From positions 8,319 through 72,318 of the forward strand of contig MNRL01000009.1 of assembly GCA_001915925.1 (NCBI GenBank): 64,000 bases of DNA, read 5' to 3'. This stretch comes from Clostridium sp. CAG:354_28_25. GTDB taxonomy: Bacteria; Bacillota; Clostridia; TANB77; CAG-508. The translations under genes were made by a program, and so were the position numbers. The notes beneath the pieces were generated by a model, which worked only from the letters and a program-made list of their open reading frames with translations, ran no database searches and was not told the origin of the DNA. Shown here piece after piece: positions 1-9,403 of this stretch. Positions within the stretch are counted from its first letter, which is position 1. Each line of letters begins with the position of its first letter.

Positions 1-206
1 TAATTAAAAATTCATTATACTAGTTATAAAAATATTTTAATTACTAAACACTTTAAAATCGTTTTTAAGGCATTTTTATATTAAGGTTAATAAGTTAATC
101 ATTTATGATTAGTTACTCAATAATATGAATTACACATAATTTTATATTAATAATGTAAAAATACTGATTTTAATAGACTACAAGAAAATTACAAAAAAGT
201 GCCAAA

Positions 207-258
207 AAAGCAACGCACGAGAATCGATTTTAGGCCGTTTTTATTTTTAAGACATATA
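207..258 (+). repeat. direct repeat A, copy 1 (core caacgcacgagaatcgattttaggccgtttttattt)
   Basis: Matches 3146-3199. The core 211-246 vs 3152-3187 is 34/36 identical, and similarity continues into aagNcatata. Confidence 0.85.
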
Positions 259-541
259 GTTTGTTGTCTGTAAAATAGGCTAAATACGGTTGATATAAAG
301 GTTTTGCAAATTTTGATAAAAAAATAAAAGAATTATATAGAAAAAATATTTAGATATAAATAAAAAGTTATAACTATAAGTATTAACACATTAGAATTAG
401 ATTTAAGACAATTTATTAAAGAAATAATATAAGTTATTAAATAATAAGATATAAAGTGTAAGAACAGCTAGATATAGTAATAGATAGAAGGACACCTAGA
501 ATGGCAGTCCATATATTTTACCCCTATGTCTTTTTGCACAA

Positions 542-570
542 AACTTTGATTTTGTGCAATGTTATATATT
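542..570 (+). repeat. direct repeat B, copy 1 (aactttgattttgtgcaatgttatatatt)
   Basis: 29/29 identical to 2193-2221. This copy is also the right arm of the hairpin ttgcacaaaa-ctttga-ttttgtgcaa. Confidence 0.9.
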
Positions 571-643
571 GCAAAATATACCGTTCTTCTTGTCCCCTCT
601 AGCTATTTATAAGATTTTTTTTATAGTTTTAGGCATTATTATT

Positions 644-964
644 TTAAACATTTTTTCTAAACATTACTATTTTTTCGTTTTTATCTTTTGAAGATGAACT
701 ACAAAATGACTCATACTTTTTCCATTCTGTAATACTTCGTTGTAAAATACAAAAATATTTTCCCGATAAATTTGGTGGATATTTATTATCATAAAAGTCA
801 TTATCAACATAAAATATCCTACCTCTCTCCTGCTCGTAGTCGATAATATTATTTAAAGCGTTACTAGCTTCACGAAAAGTCGGATAAGATGAAAGTATAT
901 ATGGTTTTCCTCGACCATTTCGAACATAAATACAAAATTCTTTTTTAGTCTTGTCTTTTTCCAT
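644..964 (-). CDS. hypothetical protein (106 aa), no family recognised
   Basis: Complete ORF with a GGAAGTGA ribosome-binding motif upstream of the ATG and a near-consensus promoter at 1009-1037. Confidence 0.5.
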   Translation of the reverse strand: MEKDKTKKEFCIYVRNGRGKPYILSSYPTFREASNALNNIIDYEQERGRIFYVDNDFYDNKYPPNLSGKYFCILQRSITEWKKYESFCSSSSKDKNEKIVMFRKNV

Positions 965-1008
965 AATTAATCACTTCCATTTTTTCTATCTTGAAATATT
1001 TGTTTTGA

Positions 1009-1037
1009 ATTATAATAATTTTGACGAAAATCGTCAA
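1009..1037 (-). promoter_or_regulatory. sigmaA-type promoter (-35 TTGACG 1037-1032, 17-nt spacer, -10 TATAAT 1014-1009) overlapped by the palindrome TTGACGA-AAA-TCGTCAA (1021-1037)
   Basis: Read directly on the minus strand: cttaTTGACGattttcgtcaaaattatTATAATtc, about 45 nt upstream of the 644-964 start codon. Confidence 0.5.
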
Positions 1038-1650
1038 TAAGAAAAAATATATACAACAAGTGAGTAACTTTATGATAAAAAATATAAAATGGCTTAAAAA
1101 CGATTTTAAGCTTAATTTAATAAATATATAAATATTAATAATAAAAAAATAATGAGCGTACTACAAAAATACACTCATTACACTATAAAAACCTCCATAA
1201 GATGTTACTATATCAAGTAAGTAACATCTTAATTTTATAACCAAATACCGGAAAAATTAGACAATAACGGCATATATTAAGCTTCAGCACTACATTAAAG
1301 GTTTAAATTTTTTCGACGAATATCGAATTCCTCGAAAAAAAAATAGATTAGAGGCTTAAGCCTCTTTTATGGTTTAAGGATATCAACAAACACTAAAACC
1401 ATTAAACTTGAAACTATATTGAAAACAGCACTTTTTTAATATTAAAGAAACTATAAAGCTTGAATTTGAACATAAAAAAAGGCTATATAAATTTTGATTA
1501 TATATAACCTTAAAATAATACTTGAGCCTTAATATAAATAACTATTCAATTAATAATTATTATACACATGATTTTAGCATTGTCAATATTTATTTTTATT
1601 TCAGCTTACCAAAAGGGGTAAATTTATAACCCCCTTTTGCTAAGCAAAAA

Positions 1651-2127
1651 CTAATTATCATACAAATCATTTAAATCATCAGAACTGTAATTTCTTTGTT
1701 CAAAATTTTTTTTAGAATTCTTTTTCTTTATATTCTTTTTAGTATTTACTATATTAGTATTTAATAGGGTGTGATTTTCTAGATGTAGATTTTCAAGGTA
1801 TAGAAAACCTATATCTTGTTTTTTGTCTAATGGAAACTCGTAAACTATGTATTCATACTCGATTCGTCCACTTTTTGTCTCATTAGGCATAAGTTTTTTA
1901 ATTACCAAATAATTATGGTCTTGTAATTCCTTCAAAGTACTGCGAATAGAGGTCAAATTGTCTTTACTAGCCGAGCATAAACCTTTTAAAGAAAAATCCC
2001 AACAATCTGGCAAGCTTAACATATAAGATAAAAGCCCTTTTGCCTTGAAAGATAGCCTTTTGTCCTTTAAATGATAATTAGACATAACAGTATAATTTTT
2101 TGTTTTTTCAATTCTAAAAATTGCCAT
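1651..2127 (-). CDS. HTH / DnaD-like replication-organizer protein of the kind carried by Firmicute phages, plasmids and conjugative elements
   Basis: N-terminal FRIEKTKNYTVMSNYHLKDKRLSFKAKGLLSYMLSLPDCWDFSLKGL winged-helix-type motif and C-terminal NFEQRNYSSDDLNDLY tail. Start moved to Met6 (MAIFRIEK). Confidence 0.65.
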   Translation of the reverse strand: MAIFRIEKTKNYTVMSNYHLKDKRLSFKAKGLLSYMLSLPDCWDFSLKGLCSASKDNLTSIRSTLKELQDHNYLVIKKLMPNETKSGRIEYEYIVYEFPLDKKQDIGFLYLENLHLENHTLLNTNIVNTKKNIKKKNSKKNFEQRNYSSDDLNDLYDN

Positions 2128-2192
2128 AAAAAAATACCCCATTTCAAAGCCTAAAATATCAAAATAAAATCAATTGTTAAAGATTGCCGGAT

Positions 2193-2221
2193 AACTTTGA
2201 TTTTGTGCAATGTTATATATT
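2193..2221 (+). repeat. direct repeat B, copy 2
   Basis: 29/29 identical to 542-570. Lies between the membrane-protein ORF stop and the replication-organizer gene start. Confidence 0.9.
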
Positions 2222-2317
2222 TATTTTTTAAGCTTTTTTCTACTATATATATCCTCCCTCTTTCTTCTTAAAAGATTAAGGCTATTTTAGTACCACTAGA
2301 TATGTACTTCTATATTC

Positions 2318-2650
2318 TTAAGCTATTATTGTATGATGTTGATTTGGAATTGCCACTAATGAAATACAAAAAATCATTAATAATAAAATATATACAATAA
2401 TCATAAATTTTAGTTCTTTTTTAGTATCTACCCTATTTCTTGTTATAAAGTAAAAAATAACATTAATTATAAAAACTATAATTGGAGGAATTGCATTAAA
2501 AGTTGGTATACCACAGGCACATCTTATTAAAGTATTAACAAATAAAAATAACAATAATTCCAATACAATAAAAATTTTGCTTATAATTCTATATCTCTTG
2601 CTATAATCAATCTGGTTATCTTTGATACTATTTTCCTCGGTTGATGTCAT
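2318..2650 (-). CDS. small integral membrane protein (110 aa, about 3 TM segments), function unknown
   Basis: GGGAGGA Shine-Dalgarno about 7 nt upstream of the ATG. Three long hydrophobic stretches. Confidence 0.5.
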   Translation of the reverse strand: MTSTEENSIKDNQIDYSKRYRIISKIFIVLELLLFLFVNTLIRCACGIPTFNAIPPIIVFIINVIFYFITRNRVDTKKELKFMIIVYILLLMIFCISLVAIPNQHHTIIA

Positions 2651-2793
2651 ATTTATTCCTCCCCCCTCTTTTTGGTATTATATAGTTATAATTTATATTT
2701 GTCCATATAATATGATAAAAAAATTGAAGAGCCAGAACCGCAAAGTTCTGACTCTTCATAGTGACAATAGTCACATACCTGTTCCCATTCATA

Positions 2794-3078
2794 TTATTTG
2801 AACAGTGGTTTTTTGATTTCTTCAAGCGTTGCATTACCAATGCAGATGAAATCACGTGCCTCCACAGGTTTGAAAACATAGTTATCAAGAGTGACACCAG
2901 ATCCGTTTGTATAAGCTTCATAAATTAAACTTGCAACTAGTTCTTTGGAATCTATTATGCCAACTTCTGTTGCGTAAATAGCACCATTTTCAATCCGTGG
3001 ATTGGTTACCAGAACAATTGTAGCCGTACTCCCGTTTCTGATTGCATTTACCTGTTGTAAAACATAAAATTTTTTCAT
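2794..3078 (-). CDS. hypothetical protein (94 aa) in a raised-GC island
   Basis: Start taken at the internal MKKFYVLQQ, preceded by AGGAGGT. The 60-nt sample 2821-2880 is 25/60 G+C. The upstream part of the tracked 124-aa ORF runs through repeat A and is unlikely to be coding. Confidence 0.55.
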   Translation of the reverse strand: MKKFYVLQQVNAIRNGSTATIVLVTNPRIENGAIYATEVGIIDSKELVASLIYEAYTNGSGVTLDNYVFKPVEARDFICIGNATLEEIKKPLFK

Positions 3079-3145
3079 CTTGTTACTACCTCCTGATTTA
3101 TAAATGGGTTTATAATGGATACAATCCACTATTTTCAGTGTTTTC

Positions 3146-3199
3146 AAAGCACAACGCACGAGAATCAATTTTAAGCCGTTTTTATTTAAAAGTCATATA
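3146..3199 (+). repeat. direct repeat A, copy 2
   Basis: See 207-258. Lies between the 2794-3078 gene and the asnS promoter. Confidence 0.85.
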
Positions 3200-3246
3200 A
3201 CTTCATTGCTAAAAATAGCCTATTTTTACTAATTTTACTATTTTAA

Positions 3247-3275
3247 TTGAATTTATATATAAAATGTCATATAAT
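3247..3275 (+). promoter_or_regulatory. candidate asnS sigmaA promoter (-35 TTGAAT 3247-3252, 17-nt spacer, -10 TATAAT 3270-3275)
   Basis: Hexamers and spacing read directly. The promoter is about 34 nt upstream of the asnS ATG, with AGGAGG in between. Confidence 0.5.
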
Positions 3276-3308
3276 ATGAAAAGATTTTATATTTTTTAGG
3301 AGGATAAT

Positions 3309-4700
3309 ATGGAAAAAGTAATTTTAAAAAATCTATATAGACAAAAAGAGAAATATGCAGATAAAGATATTTGTATCGAAGGTTGGGTTAGAACTATAAG
3401 AGATTCAAAAACATTTGGATTTATAGAACTAAATGATGGTACTTTCTTTAAAAATGTACAAGTAGTTTTTAATGATAATTTAGCAAACTTTAATGATATT
3501 TGTAAATTAACTATTAGTTCTACAATAAAAGTTGAAGGTAAATTTATATTAACTGAGAATGCTAAACAACCATTCGAAATACAAGCAACTTCAGTAGAAA
3601 TAGAATGTTTATCAGATAATAGCTATCCACTTCAAAAGAAAAGACATTCATTTGAATATTTAAGAACAATTGCACATCTACGTCCAAGAAGTAATACATT
3701 TAATGCTGTATTTCGCGTTAGAAGCGCATTAGCATATGCAATACATAAATTTTTCCAAGAAAAAGGCTTTGTATATGTAAATACACCTCTAATTACAGCA
3801 AGTGATGCAGAAGGTGCTGGTGAAATGTTTAATGTAAATTCATTTGATTTAAACAACTTACCTAAAGATGACAAAGGAAATATAGATTTTACTCAAGACT
3901 TCTTTGGAAAGCCAGCACATCTAACAGTAAGCGGCCAATTAAATGCCGAAACATTTGCAGAAGCTTTTTGCAATGTATATACATTTGGACCAACATTCCG
4001 TGCTGAAAATTCTAACACTGTTAAGCACTCTGCAGAATTTTGGATGGTTGAACCAGAAATATGTTTTGCAGACTTAAATGATGACATGGATTTAGCTGAA
4101 GAAATGATTAAATACATCTTTAAATATGTTATAGATAATTATCCAGAAGAAATGCAATTCTTTAATAATTTTGTAGATAAAGGTCTTTTAGATAGATTAA
4201 ATAATGTTATAAATTCAGATTTTGCAAGAATTAGTTATACTGATGCTGTTGCAGAATTAGAAAAGCATAATGATGAATTTGAATATAAGGTTAGTTGGGG
4301 TGTTGATTTACAAACAGAACATGAAAGATATCTATGTGAAAAGATATTCCAAAAACCTGTATTTGTAACTGATTACCCAAAAGAAATTAAAGCATTTTAT
4401 ATGAAACTAAATGATGATGGAAAAACTGTTGCAGCAGCTGATTTATTAGCTCCTGGAATAGGTGAAATTATTGGTGGAAGTCAAAGAGAAGACGACTATG
4501 ACAAATTATTAGCTAGAATAAAAGAATTAAATATGCCTTTAGAAAATTATGACTGGTACTTAGATTTAAGAAAATATGGTAGCTGTAAACATGCAGGCTT
4601 TGGTCTTGGTTTTGAAAGAGCTATTATGTATTTAACAGGAATGCAAAATATTCGTGATGTGATACCTTTCCCAAGAACACCAAATAACTGCGAATTCTAA
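3309..4700 (+). CDS. asnS: asparagine--tRNA ligase
   Basis: 463 aa. N-terminal OB anticodon-binding domain, class IIb motif 2 (GPTFRAENS) and motif 3 ([15 protein letters not shown]). Confidence 0.97.
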   Translation: MEKVILKNLYRQKEKYADKDICIEGWVRTIRDSKTFGFIELNDGTFFKNVQVVFNDNLANFNDICKLTISSTIKVEGKFILTENAKQPFEIQATSVEIECLSDNSYPLQKKRHSFEYLRTIAHLRPRSNTFNAVFRVRSALAYAIHKFFQEKGFVYVNTPLITASDAEGAGEMFNVNSFDLNNLPKDDKGNIDFTQDFFGKPAHLTVSGQLNAETFAEAFCNVYTFGPTFRAENSNTVKHSAEFWMVEPEICFADLNDDMDLAEEMIKYIFKYVIDNYPEEMQFFNNFVDKGLLDRLNNVINSDFARISYTDAVAELEKHNDEFEYKVSWGVDLQTEHERYLCEKIFQKPVFVTDYPKEIKAFYMKLNDDGKTVAAADLLAPGIGEIIGGSQREDDYDKLLARIKELNMPLENYDWYLDLRKYGSCKHAGFGLGFERAIMYLTGMQNIRDVIPFPRTPNNCEF

Positions 4701-4733
4701 AAGAGCAAATGTTCGGTATTCATTTAATAGTAC

Positions 4734-4772
4734 AGTCCCCTATCTTAATTTAATAAGATAGGGGACTTTTAT
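4734..4772. terminator. rho-independent terminator between the convergent asnS and DUF2207 genes
   Basis: 14-bp perfect stem agtcccctatctta / taagataggggact, 6-nt loop, then TTTT on the plus strand. Confidence 0.8.
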
Positions 4773-6723
4773 ATATGTTAAATATTAAATGATAGAGATT
4801 TAGAAAGCACCTGCTCCCCCTCCTCCGGCCTCCACCGCCACCGGAACCAGAACCGGAATAACCAGTAGAAGAATTTATTGAATTTGTAAATGAAGATGAA
4901 TAGCTGGACATACACAAGACTGGATATGTTAAATATATCTTATCATCTGAGTATCCAGCTTTTATTAATTCTTCTTTGAATTCTTTCGCTACTTTATCTG
5001 CAATACCAAATAAGGAAGCAAATACCAAGTATTCATTCCAAATACTTATCTCTATCGGGTATCTGTCCTTTATTAAACTATAATCTTTTAAATATTTCCA
5101 TAATCCGAGTAATTCTTTTTGATCCTGAGCATATTTATCTGTAGGAATTTTATATAAATCATCTAATATTATTACTACAATGAATGTTAAAAATGCAGTA
5201 AATACGGAAGACATAATAAACTCAACAATTCCAAGTGCTTTATCAGGATTCATTACCAAAGTATTAAATAAAAATACTATTAATAATGTTACAATTAATA
5301 TTATGAAATTTAATATTAAACTTGTCTTAACTTTTTTATACATTTTTTTATTATCAATTAATTTTTTTGAGCTAGCTTTAGAGATTTGTTGAACTAATTT
5401 TCTGTTCTTAGAAATTTCTTTAAAGCGAGCATTTAATTCTACTGTTGTTTCTGTATAAGCTGAAGCATTAAAATCTGTAGATATTTGATCTGAAAAAATT
5501 AATGATAGTATTTGTTTTTCATATGGACACAATTGGGTAAAATCTGCATTCTGATTAATAGAAACATTATATTCATAATCAGCTTCTTTTTTCTTATTAG
5601 CACCTTTTTTTGTTTCCATATTTAATATTTTCCTATTAGTTAAATCTAGTATTGTTGCAATAATTAAATTAGAACTTAGAGCATTAGTACTCTTTGCTGG
5701 TAATAATGCTTGATATTCTAATAAATTTAAACGTTTGGGTATATCTCTAAAATAGTTTGCATTTTTTACAGTTGTTCTATATTTTTTACTTTTAATAATT
5801 CCATACGTTAGGAAAATTATGCATAAAATAACTAGTAATACTACTAAAATAACATTAATCGTTATATGTATAAAATATCTAGTATTTCCTAAAGACATAC
5901 TATTTTCAATTTTATATAGACTGTTAAAATCATAATCATTATTATATTTTTTTGTACAATTCATTAGTACAGTATTAGGAAAAACTATTCTAGCATCAAC
6001 AGGCTTACCAGATGGAATATTACTAATATTAAAACTAATACAATTTGATGCCGAATCCAACATAACTTGTATATCCTCTAGTTTTGTAGCATATGTATGA
6101 GGATAATATTTTACATCATCCATATTTATAGATTTTGGCAAATAAATATCTAAATTAAACTCATCTACATCAGTTTCTATCCCATTACCTATAAAATTAT
6201 AATATATTTCACTCATATCATTATATTGAACAACAGCATCTGTTATATCATATGAATAATGTACAGTTTGAAAATTATTAGAAGATATTGGAGAATAAAC
6301 CATTATATCATATCCGTCTGTTCTATCTGCATTTACTGCATCTACAGTGTAAACACCATTATCACCTTTCTCAGCATTAGATGCTTTTGTAAAATTGGTT
6401 GTTATATTAGCTGGATTTGTAACAACGACAGTTATATTTTCAATTCCAGTTGCTTGATATCTAGCAGAGTTTGGTTCCATTGAATCTTTATTAGTTTTAT
6501 AAAAATATCTTAAATCACGCGTTAAACCATTTGCGCTACTAGAAAAATAATAAGTAATAGACTCATCTATATGAATTGTTCCGTCTTCTTGAATATAAGC
6601 ATCCATATCATAATTGGTAATATCATAAGATGGTCCATCTGCTAATACATTGTTAGGTATTAATGCTATAACTGCCAAAATAATAGATATCATTATTATC
6701 TTTAATTTCTTTATATGCACCAT
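4750..6723 (-). CDS. DUF2207-family membrane protein. The C-terminal Gly-rich tail is out of frame, and the probable true stop is at 4800-4802.
   Basis: Signal/TM segment followed by YDITNYDMDAYIQEDGTIHIDESITYYF, mid-protein TM segments and an SGSGSGGGGG tail. Start set at MVHIKK, preceded by GAGGTG. See the frameshift finding. Confidence 0.75.
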   Translation of the reverse strand: MVHIKKLKIIMISIILAVIALIPNNVLADGPSYDITNYDMDAYIQEDGTIHIDESITYYFSSSANGLTRDLRYFYKTNKDSMEPNSARYQATGIENITVVVTNPANITTNFTKASNAEKGDNGVYTVDAVNADRTDGYDIMVYSPISSNNFQTVHYSYDITDAVVQYNDMSEIYYNFIGNGIETDVDEFNLDIYLPKSINMDDVKYYPHTYATKLEDIQVMLDSASNCISFNISNIPSGKPVDARIVFPNTVLMNCTKKYNNDYDFNSLYKIENSMSLGNTRYFIHITINVILVVLLVILCIIFLTYGIIKSKKYRTTVKNANYFRDIPKRLNLLEYQALLPAKSTNALSSNLIIATILDLTNRKILNMETKKGANKKKEADYEYNVSINQNADFTQLCPYEKQILSLIFSDQISTDFNASAYTETTVELNARFKEISKNRKLVQQISKASSKKLIDNKKMYKKVKTSLILNFIILIVTLLIVFLFNTLVMNPDKALGIVEFIMSSVFTAFLTFIVVIILDDLYKIPTDKYAQDQKELLGLWKYLKDYSLIKDRYPIEISIWNEYLVFASLFGIADKVAKEFKEELIKAGYSDDKIYLTYPVLCMSSYSSSFTNSINSSTGYSGSGSGGGGGRRRGSRCFLNLYHLIFNIYKSPLSY

Positions 6724-6744
6724 ATAAAAGCACCTCATCCCCAA

Positions 6745-8058
6745 TTATTTAAATCTTCTTAAATATAAATCTATTTTATCTAGAAATTCTGCATTATTCT
6801 TTGTTTGTACCATTTGAGAAATAATGTTTTCTGTAACATCGGCTACAGGTAAATTATTTAAAGCCTTACGCAATGCATAAACAGTCTCCATTTCCTTAGG
6901 AGTAAGAAGTAAATCTTCTCTTCTTGTACCAGACTTATTAATATCAATTGCAGGGAAAATACGTTTTTCAGATAATTTCCTATCTAAATGTACTTCCATA
7001 TTACCAGTACCCTTAAACTCTTCGAATATTACATCATCCATTCTACTTCCAGTTTCTATTAAAGCTGAAGCGAGTATAGTTAAACTTCCTCCATTTTCTA
7101 TGTTTCTTGCAGCACCGAAAAATTTCTTAGGCTTATGTAATGCATTTGGATCAAGACCTCCAGATAAAGTTCTACCAGATGAAGGAATAACTAAATTATA
7201 TGCTCTAGCAAGTCTTGTAATACTATCTAGTAAAATAACAACATCTTTACCTTGTTCTACAAGTCTTTTAGATCTCTCTATTACCATTTCTGCTACTTTT
7301 ACATGATGTTCTGGCAATTCATCAAATGTTGAATATATTACATCTCCATTTATAGAACGTTTCATATCTGTAACTTCTTCTGGTCTTTCGTCTATTAATA
7401 ATACTATTAATTCTATTTCTGGATTGTTTTTTGTAATACTATTAGCAAATTTTTTAATTAAAGTTGTTTTTCCAACTTTTGGTGGAGCCACAATCATTCC
7501 TCTTTGTCCTTTTCCTATTGGACTAATTAAATCTATCATTCTCATTGCATATTCATTTGGCTCAGTTTCTAATTTTATTCTTTCGGTTGGATAAATAGGT
7601 GTTAAATCGTCAAATTTCTTTCTCCTATATGCTTTTTCTGGTGCCTCACCATTTACTTCTCCAACGAAAATTAAAGATGGGAATCTCTCCCCTTCCTTTG
7701 CCATTCTGGAAATTCCTTTTATATGGTCACCTGTATCTAGTTTAAATCTTCTTATTTGTACTGGGGAAATATATACATCATCTGGTGTAGAAAGATAATT
7801 TTCGCCCCTTAAAAAACCATATCCATCAGGTAATACTTCTAATATTCCTTCTGCAATTTTGTCATCACTATTAGTAATTTTATATGTTGTATTACTATCT
7901 GTTACAACACTTTCATTATTTTTGTCTTCGTTATTAGTTGTATCATTTTCTGTTAATAGGTCAATTAATTCACTCTTTTTATATTTTGAATATCCTTTAA
8001 TATTTTTGTTTTTTGCAAGCTCTCTTAATTCACTTAGACTATAATCTTCTAAGTTCAT
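6745..8058 (-). CDS. rho: transcription termination factor Rho
   Basis: Rho_N motif ([27 protein letters not shown]), RNA-binding [14 protein letters not shown], Walker A PPKVGKTT. Asn/Asp-rich insertion after the N-terminal domain. Confidence 0.97.
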   Translation of the reverse strand: MNLEDYSLSELRELAKNKNIKGYSKYKKSELIDLLTENDTTNNEDKNNESVVTDSNTTYKITNSDDKIAEGILEVLPDGYGFLRGENYLSTPDDVYISPVQIRRFKLDTGDHIKGISRMAKEGERFPSLIFVGEVNGEAPEKAYRRKKFDDLTPIYPTERIKLETEPNEYAMRMIDLISPIGKGQRGMIVAPPKVGKTTLIKKFANSITKNNPEIELIVLLIDERPEEVTDMKRSINGDVIYSTFDELPEHHVKVAEMVIERSKRLVEQGKDVVILLDSITRLARAYNLVIPSSGRTLSGGLDPNALHKPKKFFGAARNIENGGSLTILASALIETGSRMDDVIFEEFKGTGNMEVHLDRKLSEKRIFPAIDINKSGTRREDLLLTPKEMETVYALRKALNNLPVADVTENIISQMVQTKNNAEFLDKIDLYLRRFK

Positions 8059-8158
8059 AAAATCCCTCCTATATTTAATTAAGCTAATTACATGAGAAAT
8101 AATATTCTAGATTAAAAGTTTGATAATAAGAAATAGAAAAATAAATGGATAAAAGAAG

Positions 8159-8214
8159 TATATATCTGTTATTAAATAAGAATACGAAAATAGAAGTTTA
8201 ATAACAGATATATA
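8159..8214 (-). terminator. long hairpin terminator downstream of divIC
   Basis: 18-bp stem tatatatctgttattaaa / tttaataacagatatata followed by a U-rich tract on the minus strand. Confidence 0.6.
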
Positions 8215-8255
8215 TGTATAAAGTCTTTAGAATCCTATTATTAATATTTTAAATT

Positions 8256-8540
8256 TTATTTATTGGCGTCAACATAAACTCTCTCATTAGGTAAATACAT
8301 GTCTAATTTATCCCTAGCGATTTGTTCTATGTATTCATCGGAATTAATGTTTGCTTCCATATCTGCTAATTCGTTTTTATATTCTTGTTGATCTTGAATT
8401 TGTGAAGAAACATAATCTTGTTCTGTTTGATATGAATTTAATGTTGTTTGTTGTTTAATAAGAACATAAATAAAATAAGATAATACAATTAAAATTATAA
8501 TAACTTTTAATATTTTTTTATTTCTAAAAATTCTTTTCAT
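8256..8540 (-). CDS. divIC: septum formation initiator (FtsB/DivIC family)
   Basis: N-terminal TM segment, coiled coil, and a C-terminal YIEQIARDKLDMYLPNERVY motif. Position after yabP-yabQ matches Bacillus. Confidence 0.75.
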   Translation of the reverse strand: MKRIFRNKKILKVIIILIVLSYFIYVLIKQQTTLNSYQTEQDYVSSQIQDQQEYKNELADMEANINSDEYIEQIARDKLDMYLPNERVYVDANK

Positions 8541-8576
8541 AAGTATATTTTCTCTCCTATAATCAATTCTACCTAA

Positions 8577-8996
8577 TTATACATTATAATTGTTTTTTTG
8601 TATAGTTTTTTTTGATTTATTTTTACAATTTTTTAGACAATTAGTTATAAAAACAAAAATTTTCTTAGATAACGATAAAATAAAGTCTAATAATAATTTA
8701 ACAGGTGTAAGAATTTTTAAGAATATATTATTTACTAGCTTTGTAAATAGCATTATATATATTATTATGCCTAGAAAAATTCCAATAAAGAGATAGGCTC
8801 TTAATTCTCCATCATTAAACTTAAATATAGCTGAAATTATTAAAAATCCTGATATAACCCAAAATAAAATATCTTCTATATAAGTAATAAAATTGCTTGT
8901 TTTGAATTTTTTTCTTAAAATTCTAAATATATCAAATATAAAACTAATAATTATACCTAAAATAATAAATATAAAAAAATTATATAGTTGTAACAT
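8577..8996 (-). CDS. yabQ: spore cortex biosynthesis protein YabQ
   Basis: Small polytopic membrane protein immediately downstream of yabP. Contains a DILFWVISGFLI...GELRAYLFIGIFLG motif. Confidence 0.8.
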   Translation of the reverse strand: MLQLYNFFIFIILGIIISFIFDIFRILRKKFKTSNFITYIEDILFWVISGFLIISAIFKFNDGELRAYLFIGIFLGIIIYIMLFTKLVNNIFLKILTPVKLLLDFILSLSKKIFVFITNCLKNCKNKSKKTIQKNNYNV

Positions 8997-9010
8997 ACAA
9001 AACCCCTAAA

Positions 9011-9304
9011 TTATCTAAATATTTTACTAAAGATATTTTCACTTTTCTTCTCCGCTATATCTTGACTGTATCCTATATTTGATATATTTCCCTCTATTTT
9101 TACTTCGCTTTCATCTATGTTTAATTTGTTTATTTTTAATTCAGAACCTTTTATTGTAAGCATACCTAAATCTGTTGAAAGAATAACTACTTGATCATCA
9201 AAACTTAAAATATCATTTATTCCTGTTACATTTAGTTTTTCTCTATTTTCTAAAACAATATTTTGCATAACATTAATATTAGTTTGCTTTCTTTCCTCTA
9301 CCAT
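9011..9304 (-). CDS. yabP: sporulation protein YabP
   Basis: 97 aa with the pattern LENREKLNVTGINDILSFDDQVVILSTDLGMLTIKGSELKINKLNIDE, typical of the YabP/YqfC fold. Confidence 0.85.
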   Translation of the reverse strand: MVEERKQTNINVMQNIVLENREKLNVTGINDILSFDDQVVILSTDLGMLTIKGSELKINKLNIDESEVKIEGNISNIGYSQDIAEKKSENIFSKIFR

Positions 9305-9361
9305 AACTCGTACCTCCTTAAATATATATATTCAAGGCATGTATAAATTATTACTATAAAT

Positions 9362-9398
9362 AGTATAAAACTGGAAATAGTTAAGTACTATTTCCAGT
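9362..9398 (-). terminator. rho-independent terminator after the DnaB-like gene
   Basis: 11-bp stem actggaaatag / ctatttccagt followed by TTTTAT on the minus strand. Confidence 0.7.
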
Positions 9399-9403
9399 CT
9401 ACA

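Noticed and set aside
2628-3168. Tracked ORFs 2628-2921 (97 aa) and the long form 2794-3168 (124 aa).
   Set aside because: The 97-aa ORF overlaps both neighbouring genes and has no RBS. The first 30 codons of the 124-aa form run through direct repeat A and precede a much better start (AGGAGGT + ATG at 3078).
3169-3308. A T-box or other riboswitch leader upstream of asnS.
   Set aside because: The predicted -10 box is only about 34 nt from the ATG. The region lacks the length and the conserved T-box elements (specifier loop, T-box sequence, terminator/antiterminator).
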